Shown here piece by piece: positions 16,918-25,167 of a stretch of DNA of 43,960 nucleotides (its first letter is position 1; every line of letters begins with the position of its first letter). A program made the position numbers and the translations under genes. Source of the stretch: a virus (lineage: Duplodnaviria; Caudoviricetes); IMG/VR virus record IMGVR_UViG_3300035041_000037, positions 1 to 43,960 of that record; one strand, written 5' to 3'. The notes beneath the pieces were generated by a model, which did not search any database, was not told the origin of the DNA, and worked only from the letters and a program-made list of their open reading frames with translations.

Positions 16918-17277
16918 ATGAGCGAAACACATACATACACCCCGGATAACCTCATTGCCGGTGGGTTCCCCCTCACAACAGGCGGCGTAACCGTAGCCTC
17001 CGGCCAGAACCTCACCCGTGGCAGCGTCCTCGGCCTTAAAACCGCCGACGAGCAGGGCGTACTTGTCGATAGCGCCGCCACCGACGGCACCGAAAACCCC
17101 TACTGCATCCTTGCCGAAGATGTCGACGCATCCGAGGCAGAAGTTGAAGCGCCCGTATACCTCTCCGGCGAGTTCAACGAAGATGCCCTGGTTTTCGGTG
17201 GCAGCGACACCATCGCCGACCACCGCGCCGCCCTGCGCGACCTGAGCCTGTTCACCGCAACCAACGTCTCTGCTTAA
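16918..17277 (+). CDS. head decoration protein (lambda gpD-like)
   Basis: Position; GQNLTRGSVLG...GEFNEDAL. Confidence 0.85.
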   Translation: MSETHTYTPDNLIAGGFPLTTGGVTVASGQNLTRGSVLGLKTADEQGVLVDSAATDGTENPYCILAEDVDASEAEVEAPVYLSGEFNEDALVFGGSDTIADHRAALRDLSLFTATNVSA

Positions 17278-17290
17278 AGGAGTATAAGAT

Positions 17291-18304
17291 ATGTCTCTCT
17301 CTGCATTTGAAACACGCACCATGCTCCAGGCTCTGAGCCAGCGCAAAGCGCCCACTCAGTTCCTGCTCAGCACATTTTTTAAAGGCACACAGCAGTTCGA
17401 CACCGAACACGTAGACATCGAAATCATCGCCGGAGACGAGCGCCTCGCGCCTATTGTATCCCCCGTTGTGGCCGGCAAGGTTATGGACGCCCAGGCGCGC
17501 GAGGTCCGCAGCTTCAAACCTGCGTATGTCAAGCCCAAGTTCCCGTTCAAGCCGTCCGACCTGCGCACCACCAACCCCGGCGAAACCATCTACACCGACG
17601 ACCTCAGCCCCGAGCAGCGCGCCCAGCGCAAAGTAGGCGCCAAACTCGCCGACCTCGACGATGCCATCTCCCGGCGCGAAGAAGCCATGGCCGCCGAAGC
17701 CCTCAATACCGGCAAAATCCACGTAAAAGGCGAGGGCGTTGACGCCTACATCGATTTCCAGATGCCGGCAGAAAACCTGGTGACCCTCTCCGGTACCGAT
17801 CTGTGGACTGACGCAGGCAGCGACCCCGTAGCAGACTTCGAGGAGTTCGCCTCCCTGTGCGACAAAGCCCCGGATGTAGCCGTCCTCGGTGACAGCGTAT
17901 GGACTGCGCTGCGCAAAAACGAAGAGTTCATGGCCCTGATGGACATGCGCGCCGTCGATATGGGGCGCATCAATCCCCAGCAGCTGCCCGAGCAGGTAAC
18001 CTACCTCGGCCAGTTCCGCTCCAACGGCGTTTTTGTCGATCTCTACACCTACGGCGCCACCTACACTGACGACGCCGGTGTCAAGCAGAAGTTTGTCCCC
18101 GCCGATAAACTCTGGATGGGCAGCTCCCGCGCAGAGAACAAAAAGCTCTACGGCGCCATCGAGGACTTCGTCACCGCCGCCGTGCCGCGTTTCCCCAAAA
18201 CATGGCAGACCGAAGACCCCGCTATCCTCTGGGTCATGGTGCAGTCCGCACCCCTGGTAGCCCTGCTCGATAGCGCCAGCTTCGTATCCGCCAAGGTCGT
18301 GTAA
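17291..18304 (+). CDS. major capsid protein, lambda gpE family
   Basis: 337 aa; LAPIVSP, FKPAYVKPK, RREEAMAAEAL, VQSAPL. Confidence 0.9.
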   Translation: MSLSAFETRTMLQALSQRKAPTQFLLSTFFKGTQQFDTEHVDIEIIAGDERLAPIVSPVVAGKVMDAQAREVRSFKPAYVKPKFPFKPSDLRTTNPGETIYTDDLSPEQRAQRKVGAKLADLDDAISRREEAMAAEALNTGKIHVKGEGVDAYIDFQMPAENLVTLSGTDLWTDAGSDPVADFEEFASLCDKAPDVAVLGDSVWTALRKNEEFMALMDMRAVDMGRINPQQLPEQVTYLGQFRSNGVFVDLYTYGATYTDDAGVKQKFVPADKLWMGSSRAENKKLYGAIEDFVTAAVPRFPKTWQTEDPAILWVMVQSAPLVALLDSASFVSAKVV

Positions 18305-18390
18305 AAGTAACCAGGTTCAAGGTTCAAGGCCCAAGGTTAAAACCTGAAACCTGAAACCTTGAACCTGAAACCTAATTACTAGGAGACCCC

Positions 18391-18606
18391 ATGAAAGTCA
18401 CCCTGAAAAACACCGTCAAATACGGCGGCAAATACCACAAGCCCGGCACCACCATCGACTGCAAAAAAGATGTGGCCGAATCGCTCATAAAAGCAGGGGC
18501 AGCAGATCACCCCCGCGTAATTGAAACCAAGGCCGAACCCCAGCAGCCGGAAGAGCCGCCAGAGCAAAACCCTGGCGATCAGGATAACGACAGCGCCGAA
18601 GAATAG
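18391..18606 (+). CDS. small capsid-adjacent hypothetical protein
   Basis: AGGAG RBS; GKYHKPG...AESLIKAGAA. Confidence 0.65.
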   Translation: MKVTLKNTVKYGGKYHKPGTTIDCKKDVAESLIKAGAADHPRVIETKAEPQQPEEPPEQNPGDQDNDSAEE

Positions 18607-18639
18607 TAACGCCGAGGCCCCGCTACCGCCACGGCAACC

Positions 18640-18673
18640 AGGGGAGGCAGGTCCTTTCTCCACCTGCCTCCCC
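18640..18673 (+). terminator. GC-rich hairpin, possible terminator or RNA structure
   Basis: GGGGAGGCAGGT...ACCTGCCTCCCC; no clear U-tract. Confidence 0.4.
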
Positions 18674-18697
18674 TGACCTTAACCACAGCGAGGATAA

Positions 18698-19021
18698 ATG
18701 CCACACGATGACACCCCATACCTCGGCCCCGAGCGCCGCACCAACACCTGCAGCGAGCATCAGGAAGTAACCGCGATCCGCTCAAAGCTTAACCTGCTGC
18801 TCCTCGTATTTTTAACCCTGCTCGGGCTGATCGGCTACAACATCGACGCCACCCAAAAAATAGAGGTGCGCATAACCGAGCAGATAACCAAACTCGGCGG
18901 CCAGATCAGCAGCACAAACGTGCGCGCCCGCGCTGTGGAAAACGTCATCGACGAAGCAATCAAGCGCATCGATGACCACGAGCAGCGCTTACGTTACCTC
19001 GAAAACAGACGCGAGAAATAA
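18698..19021 (+). CDS. single-TM coiled-coil protein, holin-like by position
   Basis: Hydrophobic LNLLLLVFLTLLGLIGY; lies upstream of the endolysin. Confidence 0.55.
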   Translation: MPHDDTPYLGPERRTNTCSEHQEVTAIRSKLNLLLLVFLTLLGLIGYNIDATQKIEVRITEQITKLGGQISSTNVRARAVENVIDEAIKRIDDHEQRLRYLENRREK

Positions 19022-19113
19022 CACCCGTAGGGGCGCCGCTTGCTGCGCCCTTGTACCGGATCAGCAACAAGCAACCAGGGCGCGGCAAGCAGCGCCCCTA
19101 CAGAGAGGCAACC

Positions 19114-19512
19114 ATGGCCGGTTTTTATTTCAGCGAAAACAGCAAACGCGCCCTGGCAAGCTGCCACCCAGACCTGCAGCGCCTGTTCAACGAAATCATC
19201 AAACACCGCGACTGCATCATCATCGAAGGACATCGAGGACAAGCCGAGCAAAACCGCCTGTTTGAACTCGACCGCTCAACCCTGCGCTGGCCGGACAGCA
19301 AGCACAATGTTTCGCCCAGCCAGGCCGTGGACGTAATGCCATACAACCCGACCAAACCCCACATCCGCTGGGATGATACCGAGCAGATCCGCGAGTTTGC
19401 CGGGTTCGTGTTCGGCGTAGCTTCGCAGCTTGGCATAAACCTGCGCTGGGGCGGGCACTGGAAGCGCTTTTTAGACATGCCTCACTGGGAACTAAGCCGG
19501 GACCCGCGCTGA
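19114..19512 (+). CDS. endolysin, M15 family peptidase
   Basis: EGHRGQAEQ, SKHN...AVD, WGGHWKRFLDMPHWEL. Confidence 0.9.
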   Translation: MAGFYFSENSKRALASCHPDLQRLFNEIIKHRDCIIIEGHRGQAEQNRLFELDRSTLRWPDSKHNVSPSQAVDVMPYNPTKPHIRWDDTEQIREFAGFVFGVASQLGINLRWGGHWKRFLDMPHWELSRDPR

Positions 19513-19720
19513 TGGGGCACTGCCAACACTCCGGCCAGCCGGATAAACAATGCCCCGCCGCAGATGATTGCCTGCTTTGTGCGCGAACCGACTGCAAAAC
19601 GGGGAAAATTAAGAAGGGTAACCCTCGCCAGAGGTAGAAAAAACGCCTCAGAAGGGCGCACAGGGCGTTGATAAATTTTAACCGCAGGGTGGGCACCGCC
19701 CACCAGCAACAGGAGGCAAA

Positions 19721-19924
19721 ATGTTAAGCAAATTATTCAACTGGCTATTCGGCAAAAAAGCCGCCTCCACCATCGGCGGCGTAGCCATAGGTGCAGCAAC
19801 CGGAGCAGCCGCCGCTGCATCGCAGGGGATGATGGACAAGGAAAGCCTAACCGCCGGAGCCATAACCGGAGCCGCCGCTGCCCTCGCAGGCGCAGGCGGA
19901 CGCGGAACGGGCGAAAACAGGTAG
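19721..19924 (+). CDS. small Gly/Ala-rich membrane protein
   Basis: AGGAGG RBS; glycine-zipper-like segments. Confidence 0.6.
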   Translation: MLSKLFNWLFGKKAASTIGGVAIGAATGAAAAASQGMMDKESLTAGAITGAAAALAGAGGRGTGENR

Positions 19925-19994
19925 GGTGGGCACCGCCCACCACGTATCAACCAACGCATTAAACGGTGGGCAGTGCCCACCCTACGAGGACAGC

Positions 19995-20405
19995 ATGGCA
20001 GACAAAATCAGATACATAGGAGGCTACAAATACCAGCTGGTGGATGGCTACACCCTGCAGACCAATATCCGCCCGGCGTCTGATATCCACACGCCGTACA
20101 TCCGCCTCACTACCGACGGCTATCTGATGATCGCCACCGGCTACGCCTGGGACGGAGCCACCCGCGCCAACGACACCAAGACCATCATGCGCGCTGCCCT
20201 GGTCCACGACGCCCTCTATCAGCTCATGCGCCACGGGCACTTGGGCATCGAATGGCGCGACATTGTAGATGGCCTGTTCTACCGCCTCATGCGCGAGGAC
20301 GGCGTGAACCTCATCCGTGCCGCGTATATATACCGCGCAGTCAAATGGTTCGGCGCTGACTACGCCAAGGCCGAAAACAAACGAATTATCGAGATGGCCC
20401 CATGA
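19995..20405 (+). CDS. DUF1353 family protein
   Basis: GYAWDGAT...AALVHDALY...IYRAVKWFG. Confidence 0.8.
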   Translation: MADKIRYIGGYKYQLVDGYTLQTNIRPASDIHTPYIRLTTDGYLMIATGYAWDGATRANDTKTIMRAALVHDALYQLMRHGHLGIEWRDIVDGLFYRLMREDGVNLIRAAYIYRAVKWFGADYAKAENKRIIEMAP

Positions 20406-20725
20406 TCGACCCCACAGAAATCGACGCCCTTGTGTTGCAGGATTTCGGCGAAGACATGAGCGTCACAAAAGAATCATCCGGAGAGACATTCCCCTTGCGC
20501 ATGCTCTTTGACGAAGAGAGTGAGGACTCCAGGGGCGGCTCCGGCGCGTACCTGGGCGAAAGCACCGGCGCTATGTCTTCCGTGACTCTGCGCTGTTGGC
20601 CGACAGACGCCGAAAAAATTGAAGAGGGGGACCATATCCAGACACCGGAAGGCGAAGTGTATGCAGTGTTTGAGGTTACCCCCAAAAGAAGACAGCTTAC
20701 TGATGTGGAGGTTGTGCTGGCATGA
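20402..20725 (+). CDS. head-tail joining protein
   Basis: Position and size; overlapping start/stop chain. Confidence 0.55.
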   Translation: MIDPTEIDALVLQDFGEDMSVTKESSGETFPLRMLFDEESEDSRGGSGAYLGESTGAMSSVTLRCWPTDAEKIEEGDHIQTPEGEVYAVFEVTPKRRQLTDVEVVLA

Positions 20726-21258
20726 GCGGGGGTTTCGTCCAGATAGACACCACTGAAATCGAAAAAAAGTTCGATTTTTTGACTGTTGAGATGGACACCG
20801 CAGCCAAACGCGCCGCAATTCGCACCAGGGAATGGCTGCGCACGCAAGTAACCAGAGAGATCGCATCTACCACTGGAGTGCCCCGAAAGGCCTTGAAAGA
20901 AAGAGTGCGGAGAGGAAGCAAGGAAAATGACGGTGCCTGGTATAGCGACGGGCAGGCTGTTTTGTGGATAGGACTGCAGGACATACCCGCACATTATCTC
21001 GGCAAGCCCAGGCAAACAAAAAAAGGGGTGCGCGTGAGAAAGCACTTTTTCGACAAGGCCTTTACCGTAAGCATCGGAGAGCAAGCCCCTAAAGTCTGGA
21101 AGAGGGCTGGCAAAAGCCGACTACCGATCATAAAGATGACGGTGCCTGTAGAGCCAGGCAGAAGGGATTTGCTCGGAAAATACGAAAAAGCAGCAGCCCG
21201 CATGTTCTCCGAGCGCCTGGAGCACGAAATAAATTATCTTTTGGAGCAGCGCGCATGA
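20722..21258 (+). CDS. minor tail/neck protein (gpZ-like)
   Basis: Basic protein with KRAGKSRLPI motif; position. Confidence 0.65.
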   Translation: MSGGFVQIDTTEIEKKFDFLTVEMDTAAKRAAIRTREWLRTQVTREIASTTGVPRKALKERVRRGSKENDGAWYSDGQAVLWIGLQDIPAHYLGKPRQTKKGVRVRKHFFDKAFTVSIGEQAPKVWKRAGKSRLPIIKMTVPVEPGRRDLLGKYEKAAARMFSERLEHEINYLLEQRA

Positions 21259-21791
21259 GCTACGACATCGGCACACATCTTGACCGGATAGTTGCAACCC
21301 TGGGGCAGGCCTTCCCGGACATTGCTACCATCGAAGAATATCCGCGCTTTAGAAAAAAAATAACCGCACCCGCCATTTTTGTAGAGTTTGCAGACGCAGA
21401 TCAGGCAGAAGACGCCGGTACCGAACAGCTCTGCATGGTTGCCCGCTTCGAGGCGCGTGTGGTGTTCGACCGCGCCATGCCCCTGGATAAAAAGCCCAGC
21501 GTACTGGCGCTCACTCTCGCATCAGCAGTAGCAAAAGAGATCAGCGGCAACCGCTTCGGCTGCACTGTCGGCCCGGCACAGAACATCAAGGTCGAGCCCG
21601 ACCACTTCAAGCCCGAGCTGGGCGGGTACGTGGTCTGGCTTATCGAGTGGTCACACAGCGTGCGCATAGGTGATTCTGTGTGGGATAGCGAGGGCATAAC
21701 CCCGACCGACCTTTACGTAGGCATTGCGCCGGAGATCGGGCTGGAGCACGAAGAGGATTATACCCTGGTAGGAGAGATCGACAATGGATGA
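21255..21791 (+). CDS. tail completion/terminator-like protein
   Basis: Position before gpV; DAGTEQL...FEAR...VWLIEW. Confidence 0.55.
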   Translation: MSYDIGTHLDRIVATLGQAFPDIATIEEYPRFRKKITAPAIFVEFADADQAEDAGTEQLCMVARFEARVVFDRAMPLDKKPSVLALTLASAVAKEISGNRFGCTVGPAQNIKVEPDHFKPELGGYVVWLIEWSHSVRIGDSVWDSEGITPTDLYVGIAPEIGLEHEEDYTLVGEIDNG

Positions 21792-22332
21792 ACCGCTTGA
21801 ATACCGCATCGCCGAGCTTGAGCGCCGCCTGAACAATGTGCTGCGCAAAGGCGTGATCGAGGAAGCCGACTACGATACTGCGCGCGTGCGGGTCAGAAGT
21901 GGAGATTTGCTCACCGGCTGGCTCCCCTGGATAACCCGGCGTGCCTCCAACGATGCGGACTGGTGGGCTCCGGAAGTGGGTGAACAGGTGATGCTGATGT
22001 CTCCCGCCGGAGATCCAGCGCAAGGGGTAGTACAGCCCGCGATATACCAGCAGGCCCACCCGGCCCCTGAAAACCGTGAGACCGTGCGCCGTATTGATTT
22101 TAAAGACGGCGGCTTTTTTGAGTACGACCGCGAGAGCGGAGCCATGACCATCAATGTTGTAGGCAATGCCGATATTACTGTGGGCGGTAAAACAACGCTG
22201 GTGAGCGATAACACAGTAGAGATAGACGGCGGCAGCGGAGCGGTCAAGGGCGCGGTTCAGGGCCACTGCCTGTGTATGTTTACCGGCAAGCAACACGCCC
22301 ACATTAGCCCCACAGTAACGGAGAGCTTTTAA
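21784..22332 (+). CDS. baseplate spike protein (P2 gpV-like)
   Basis: ARVRVRSGDLLTGWLPW, WWAPEVGEQVMLMSPAGD. Confidence 0.9.
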   Translation: MDEPLEYRIAELERRLNNVLRKGVIEEADYDTARVRVRSGDLLTGWLPWITRRASNDADWWAPEVGEQVMLMSPAGDPAQGVVQPAIYQQAHPAPENRETVRRIDFKDGGFFEYDRESGAMTINVVGNADITVGGKTTLVSDNTVEIDGGSGAVKGAVQGHCLCMFTGKQHAHISPTVTESF

Positions 22333-22548
22333 ATGGCACTAAGCAACACAAGTATGGCCGATTTTGTAGAGGCGCACATCGAAGCCGTCACCCTGGATCA
22401 GGGATCAGACGCTGCTGCCGCCCTGGCGTACCGCCGCAAGGTACTCGAGGCGCTGTGCCAGGGAATAATCGACGAAATAACCGCGAATGCCGTTGTGGAA
22501 ACCACAAGCGGCGCGCCAGACAGCGAGCATATAGGCAAAGTTTATTAA
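22333..22548 (+). CDS. hypothetical tail-region protein
   Basis: Abuts gpV; GGAG RBS. Confidence 0.6.
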   Translation: MALSNTSMADFVEAHIEAVTLDQGSDAAAALAYRRKVLEALCQGIIDEITANAVVETTSGAPDSEHIGKVY

Positions 22549-22570
22549 CCAGCAAAAAGGGAGGCGACAC

Positions 22571-22759
22571 ATGCCCGATTTTATTGTTAACCGCCAGATC
22601 ATTCTGCCCGACGGTGCGACCGCCGCTCCGGAGCAGAGGATTGAGTTGAGCAACCGGCAGGCTAAGTACCTGCTGCTTTCGGGCAAGATTCGCCCGGCGG
22701 CAGTCAAGGCCAAGCGCGCCGACAAACCCCGGGCAAAGCAGCCCAAGAAAAAGGAGTAA
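22571..22759 (+). CDS. small basic protein upstream of the sheath
   Basis: GGAGG RBS; IELSNRQAKYL motif. Confidence 0.65.
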   Translation: MPDFIVNRQIILPDGATAAPEQRIELSNRQAKYLLLSGKIRPAAVKAKRADKPRAKQPKKKE

Positions 22760-22762
22760 GCT

Positions 22763-24193
22763 ATGGCAGAGACATTTTTGCATGGCGTGGAGGTTGTGCA
22801 GATCGACGATGGGCCGCGCCCGATACAGACGGTGCGCTCCAGCGTCATCGGCATTGTGGGCACTGCGCCGGATGCGGATGCAGCAAAGTTCCCAGTTAAT
22901 GTGCCGGTAATGATCGCAGGCAACCGCCTCGAAGCCGCCAAGCTCGACACCGTAGGCGATGGGGCAGGCACCCTGCCCGACGCAATGGATGCGATCTTCG
23001 ACCAGGCCGGCGCGGTTGTGGTTGTTGTGCGCGTCGAGGAAGGCATAGACGATGCCGAAACCCTTACCAACATCATCGGCGGCGTGGACGCAGCCACCGG
23101 AGCTTATTCCGGGGTGCAGGCACTACTTGCCGCTGAAACCGAAACCGGAGTTGCCCCGCGCATCCTGTGTGTGCCCGGCTTTACCGACACCCGCATCGAT
23201 GGCGGCGTGCTGTCGATTGCAATTGATGCAGGTGGCAGCGGGTATACCGTCGATGGCACCACGGTAACAATTGACGATGGCGCAGGAGATGGCTCTGGCG
23301 CAACCGCAGAAGTCAGCGCGGTAGACGAAACCGGTGCGGTCACCAAGATCACAGTCACCGACCCCGGCAGCGGCTACGACCAGGCAACGGTGAGCGTCAC
23401 AATTACCGGCGATGGCACCAGCGCCACAGCCACCGCCACGGTTGGCACAGCGGCTAACCCCGTTGTGTCTGAAATGCTCGGTATTGCAGACCGCCTGCGC
23501 GCGGTAATCATTGCAGACGGCCCCGACACCAACGACGCAGATGCGCAGGCATACGCCGGTGACTTTGGCAGCAAGCGTGTTTATGTGGTGGACCCGGGCG
23601 TGAGGGTGCTTTCAGATGGCGAATATGTAACCCAACCCTCAAGCGCGCGCGTTGCCGGGATCATCGCTAAATCAGACGCAGAGCGCGGATTCTGGTGGAG
23701 CCCGTCCAACCGTCAAGTGTACGGCATTGTCGGTACCACTCGCAGCGTAGACTTCGCCCTGGGTGACGCCAACAGCCGCGCGAACCTGCTCAACGAAGGC
23801 AATATCGCCACCGTGATCCGCCAGAACGGTTTCCGCCTCTGGGGCAATCGCACCACTTCAGCAGATCCCAAATGGGCGTTTCTCTCTGTTGTGCGTACTG
23901 CTGACATGATCAGCGAAAGCCTCCTGCGCGCACACCTGTGGGCGGTGGATCGCAACATCACAAAGACATATCTGGAAGATGTTGTCGAAGGTGTGAACGC
24001 CTACCTCTCGCACTTGGTGCAGATCGGCGCGATCTTAGGCGGCCAATGCTGGGCTGACCCCGAGCTCAACACCCCGGATCAGCTCGAAGCCGGTAAGGTC
24101 TACTTTGATTTCGACTTCACCCCACCGACTCCGGCAGAGCACATCACGTTCCGCTCGCGTCTGGTGAACGATTACTTTGAGGAGGTGATCTAA
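22763..24193 (+). CDS. tail sheath protein (P2 FI-like)
   Basis: FLHGVEVVQ, PRILCVPG, GFWWSPSN, GFRLWGNRT. Confidence 0.95.
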   Translation: MAETFLHGVEVVQIDDGPRPIQTVRSSVIGIVGTAPDADAAKFPVNVPVMIAGNRLEAAKLDTVGDGAGTLPDAMDAIFDQAGAVVVVVRVEEGIDDAETLTNIIGGVDAATGAYSGVQALLAAETETGVAPRILCVPGFTDTRIDGGVLSIAIDAGGSGYTVDGTTVTIDDGAGDGSGATAEVSAVDETGAVTKITVTDPGSGYDQATVSVTITGDGTSATATATVGTAANPVVSEMLGIADRLRAVIIADGPDTNDADAQAYAGDFGSKRVYVVDPGVRVLSDGEYVTQPSSARVAGIIAKSDAERGFWWSPSNRQVYGIVGTTRSVDFALGDANSRANLLNEGNIATVIRQNGFRLWGNRTTSADPKWAFLSVVRTADMISESLLRAHLWAVDRNITKTYLEDVVEGVNAYLSHLVQIGAILGGQCWADPELNTPDQLEAGKVYFDFDFTPPTPAEHITFRSRLVNDYFEEVI

Positions 24194-24696
24194 TGCTTGA
24201 TCAAGTCCTGAAAAATATGAACCTCTTTGTCGATGGCCGGGGCTACGCTGGTGACGTCCAGGAGATGACACCGCCCACCCTCACCGTGCAGACCGAGGAG
24301 TTCCGTGGCGGCGGCATGGACGCACCCGCAAACCTCGACATGGGAATGGAAGCCCTGGAATGCAGCTTCACCCTCACCAAGTACGACAAAGAGGTGCTGA
24401 AGCAATTCGGCCTGGCGCAGGGCAACGTGATGCCCCTTACCATGCGCGGACACCTGGAAAGCGATGACGGCAGCAGTGAAGCTATTGTTATCAACCTGCG
24501 CGGCAAGATCACCACCCTTGAGCCGGGCACCTGGACGCCGGGCGACAAAGCCACCCTGCAGGCCACCGTGAGCCTGCGCTACTACAAGTACACCCAGGGC
24601 GGCGAAATCGTCCACGAGATCGACATCCCCGGCATGAAGCGCATCATCGGCGGCGTAGATCAGCTGGCAGATATGCGCGCGAACCTGGGCGTGTAA
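24193..24696 (+). CDS. tail tube protein (P2 FII-like)
   Basis: LKNMNLFVDG, EEFRGGGMDAP, EIDIPGMKRIIGGVDQL. Confidence 0.92.
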   Translation: MLDQVLKNMNLFVDGRGYAGDVQEMTPPTLTVQTEEFRGGGMDAPANLDMGMEALECSFTLTKYDKEVLKQFGLAQGNVMPLTMRGHLESDDGSSEAIVINLRGKITTLEPGTWTPGDKATLQATVSLRYYKYTQGGEIVHEIDIPGMKRIIGGVDQLADMRANLGV

Positions 24697-24754
24697 CCCA
24701 TAAACAACACTGGACACCGGGCGCAGTTATGCTGCGCCCGGACTGGAGAAGCCC

Positions 24755-25003
24755 ATGAGCAAAACAGAAGAGATAAAGCTTGATTACCCCTTAGAGCTCG
24801 AAGGCCGCACCATCGAAACACTGACCTTACGCCGTCCGAAAGTAAAAGACCAGCTTGCAGCAGATAAAGGCGGCGGTAGCGATGCCGACAAAGAGATCCG
24901 CCTGTTTGCCAACCTGTGCGAAGAGGCACCCGCAACCCTTGAAGAGCTCGATTCTGCCGACTACCGCAAGCTGCAGGAAAAATACAGCTCTTTTTTGTCT
25001 TAA
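24755..25003 (+). CDS. tail assembly chaperone (gpE-like)
   Basis: LRRPKVKD...LDSADYRKLQ; ends at a slippery T TTT TTG. Confidence 0.85.
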   Translation: MSKTEEIKLDYPLELEGRTIETLTLRRPKVKDQLAADKGGGSDADKEIRLFANLCEEAPATLEELDSADYRKLQEKYSSFLS

Positions 25004-25149
25004 GGCGCACCGCGCTGATGCAGGCAGTGGTAGCGCTGAACTCGTACACACGCTGGAGCCACAGCGAAATGATGGAGATGACAGCCGAAGAACTGCTCGA
25101 ATGGCTGGACGTGGCAAAACAAACGTACAAAAAAGCTCAAAGCAAATAA
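24991..25149 (+). CDS. gpE' extension reached by -1 frameshift
   Basis: The -1 frame reads VLRRTALMQAVVALNSYTRWSHSEMMEMTAEELLEWLDVAK (P2 GpE'-like), stop at 25147-25149. Confidence 0.75.
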   Translation, partial: FFVLRRTALMQAVVALNSYTRWSHSEMMEMTAEELLEWLDVAKQTYKKAQSK

Positions 25150-25167
25150 CCAGGGGAGAACTCAGGA

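Larger units (their letters stand above)
3789..18374. repeat. dispersed tandem heptamer arrays, consensus (A/C)ACCTNN
   Basis: Arrays at about 3789-3815(-), 4931-4969, 5631-5664, 5883-5918, 6763-6836 (inverted pair), 7285-7318, 9629-9660, 13949-13981, 18312-18374 (inverted pair). Confidence 0.85.
1547..19985. repeat. dispersed GTAG-type REP palindromes
   Basis: Family A GTAG-GGTGGGC-ACC-GCCCACC at 1547, 3838, 4628, 5611, 5840(-), 5869 (deleted variant), 9608, 13929, 19684, 19921, 19965(-). Family B GTAGGGGC... at 9568-9590(-), 13837, 13889-13912(-), 19027, 19077-19101(-). Confidence 0.88.

Noticed and set aside
1547-19985. Repeats as a CRISPR array
   Set aside because: Copies are dispersed at irregular distances and in both orientations, with no regular spacers and no cas genes.
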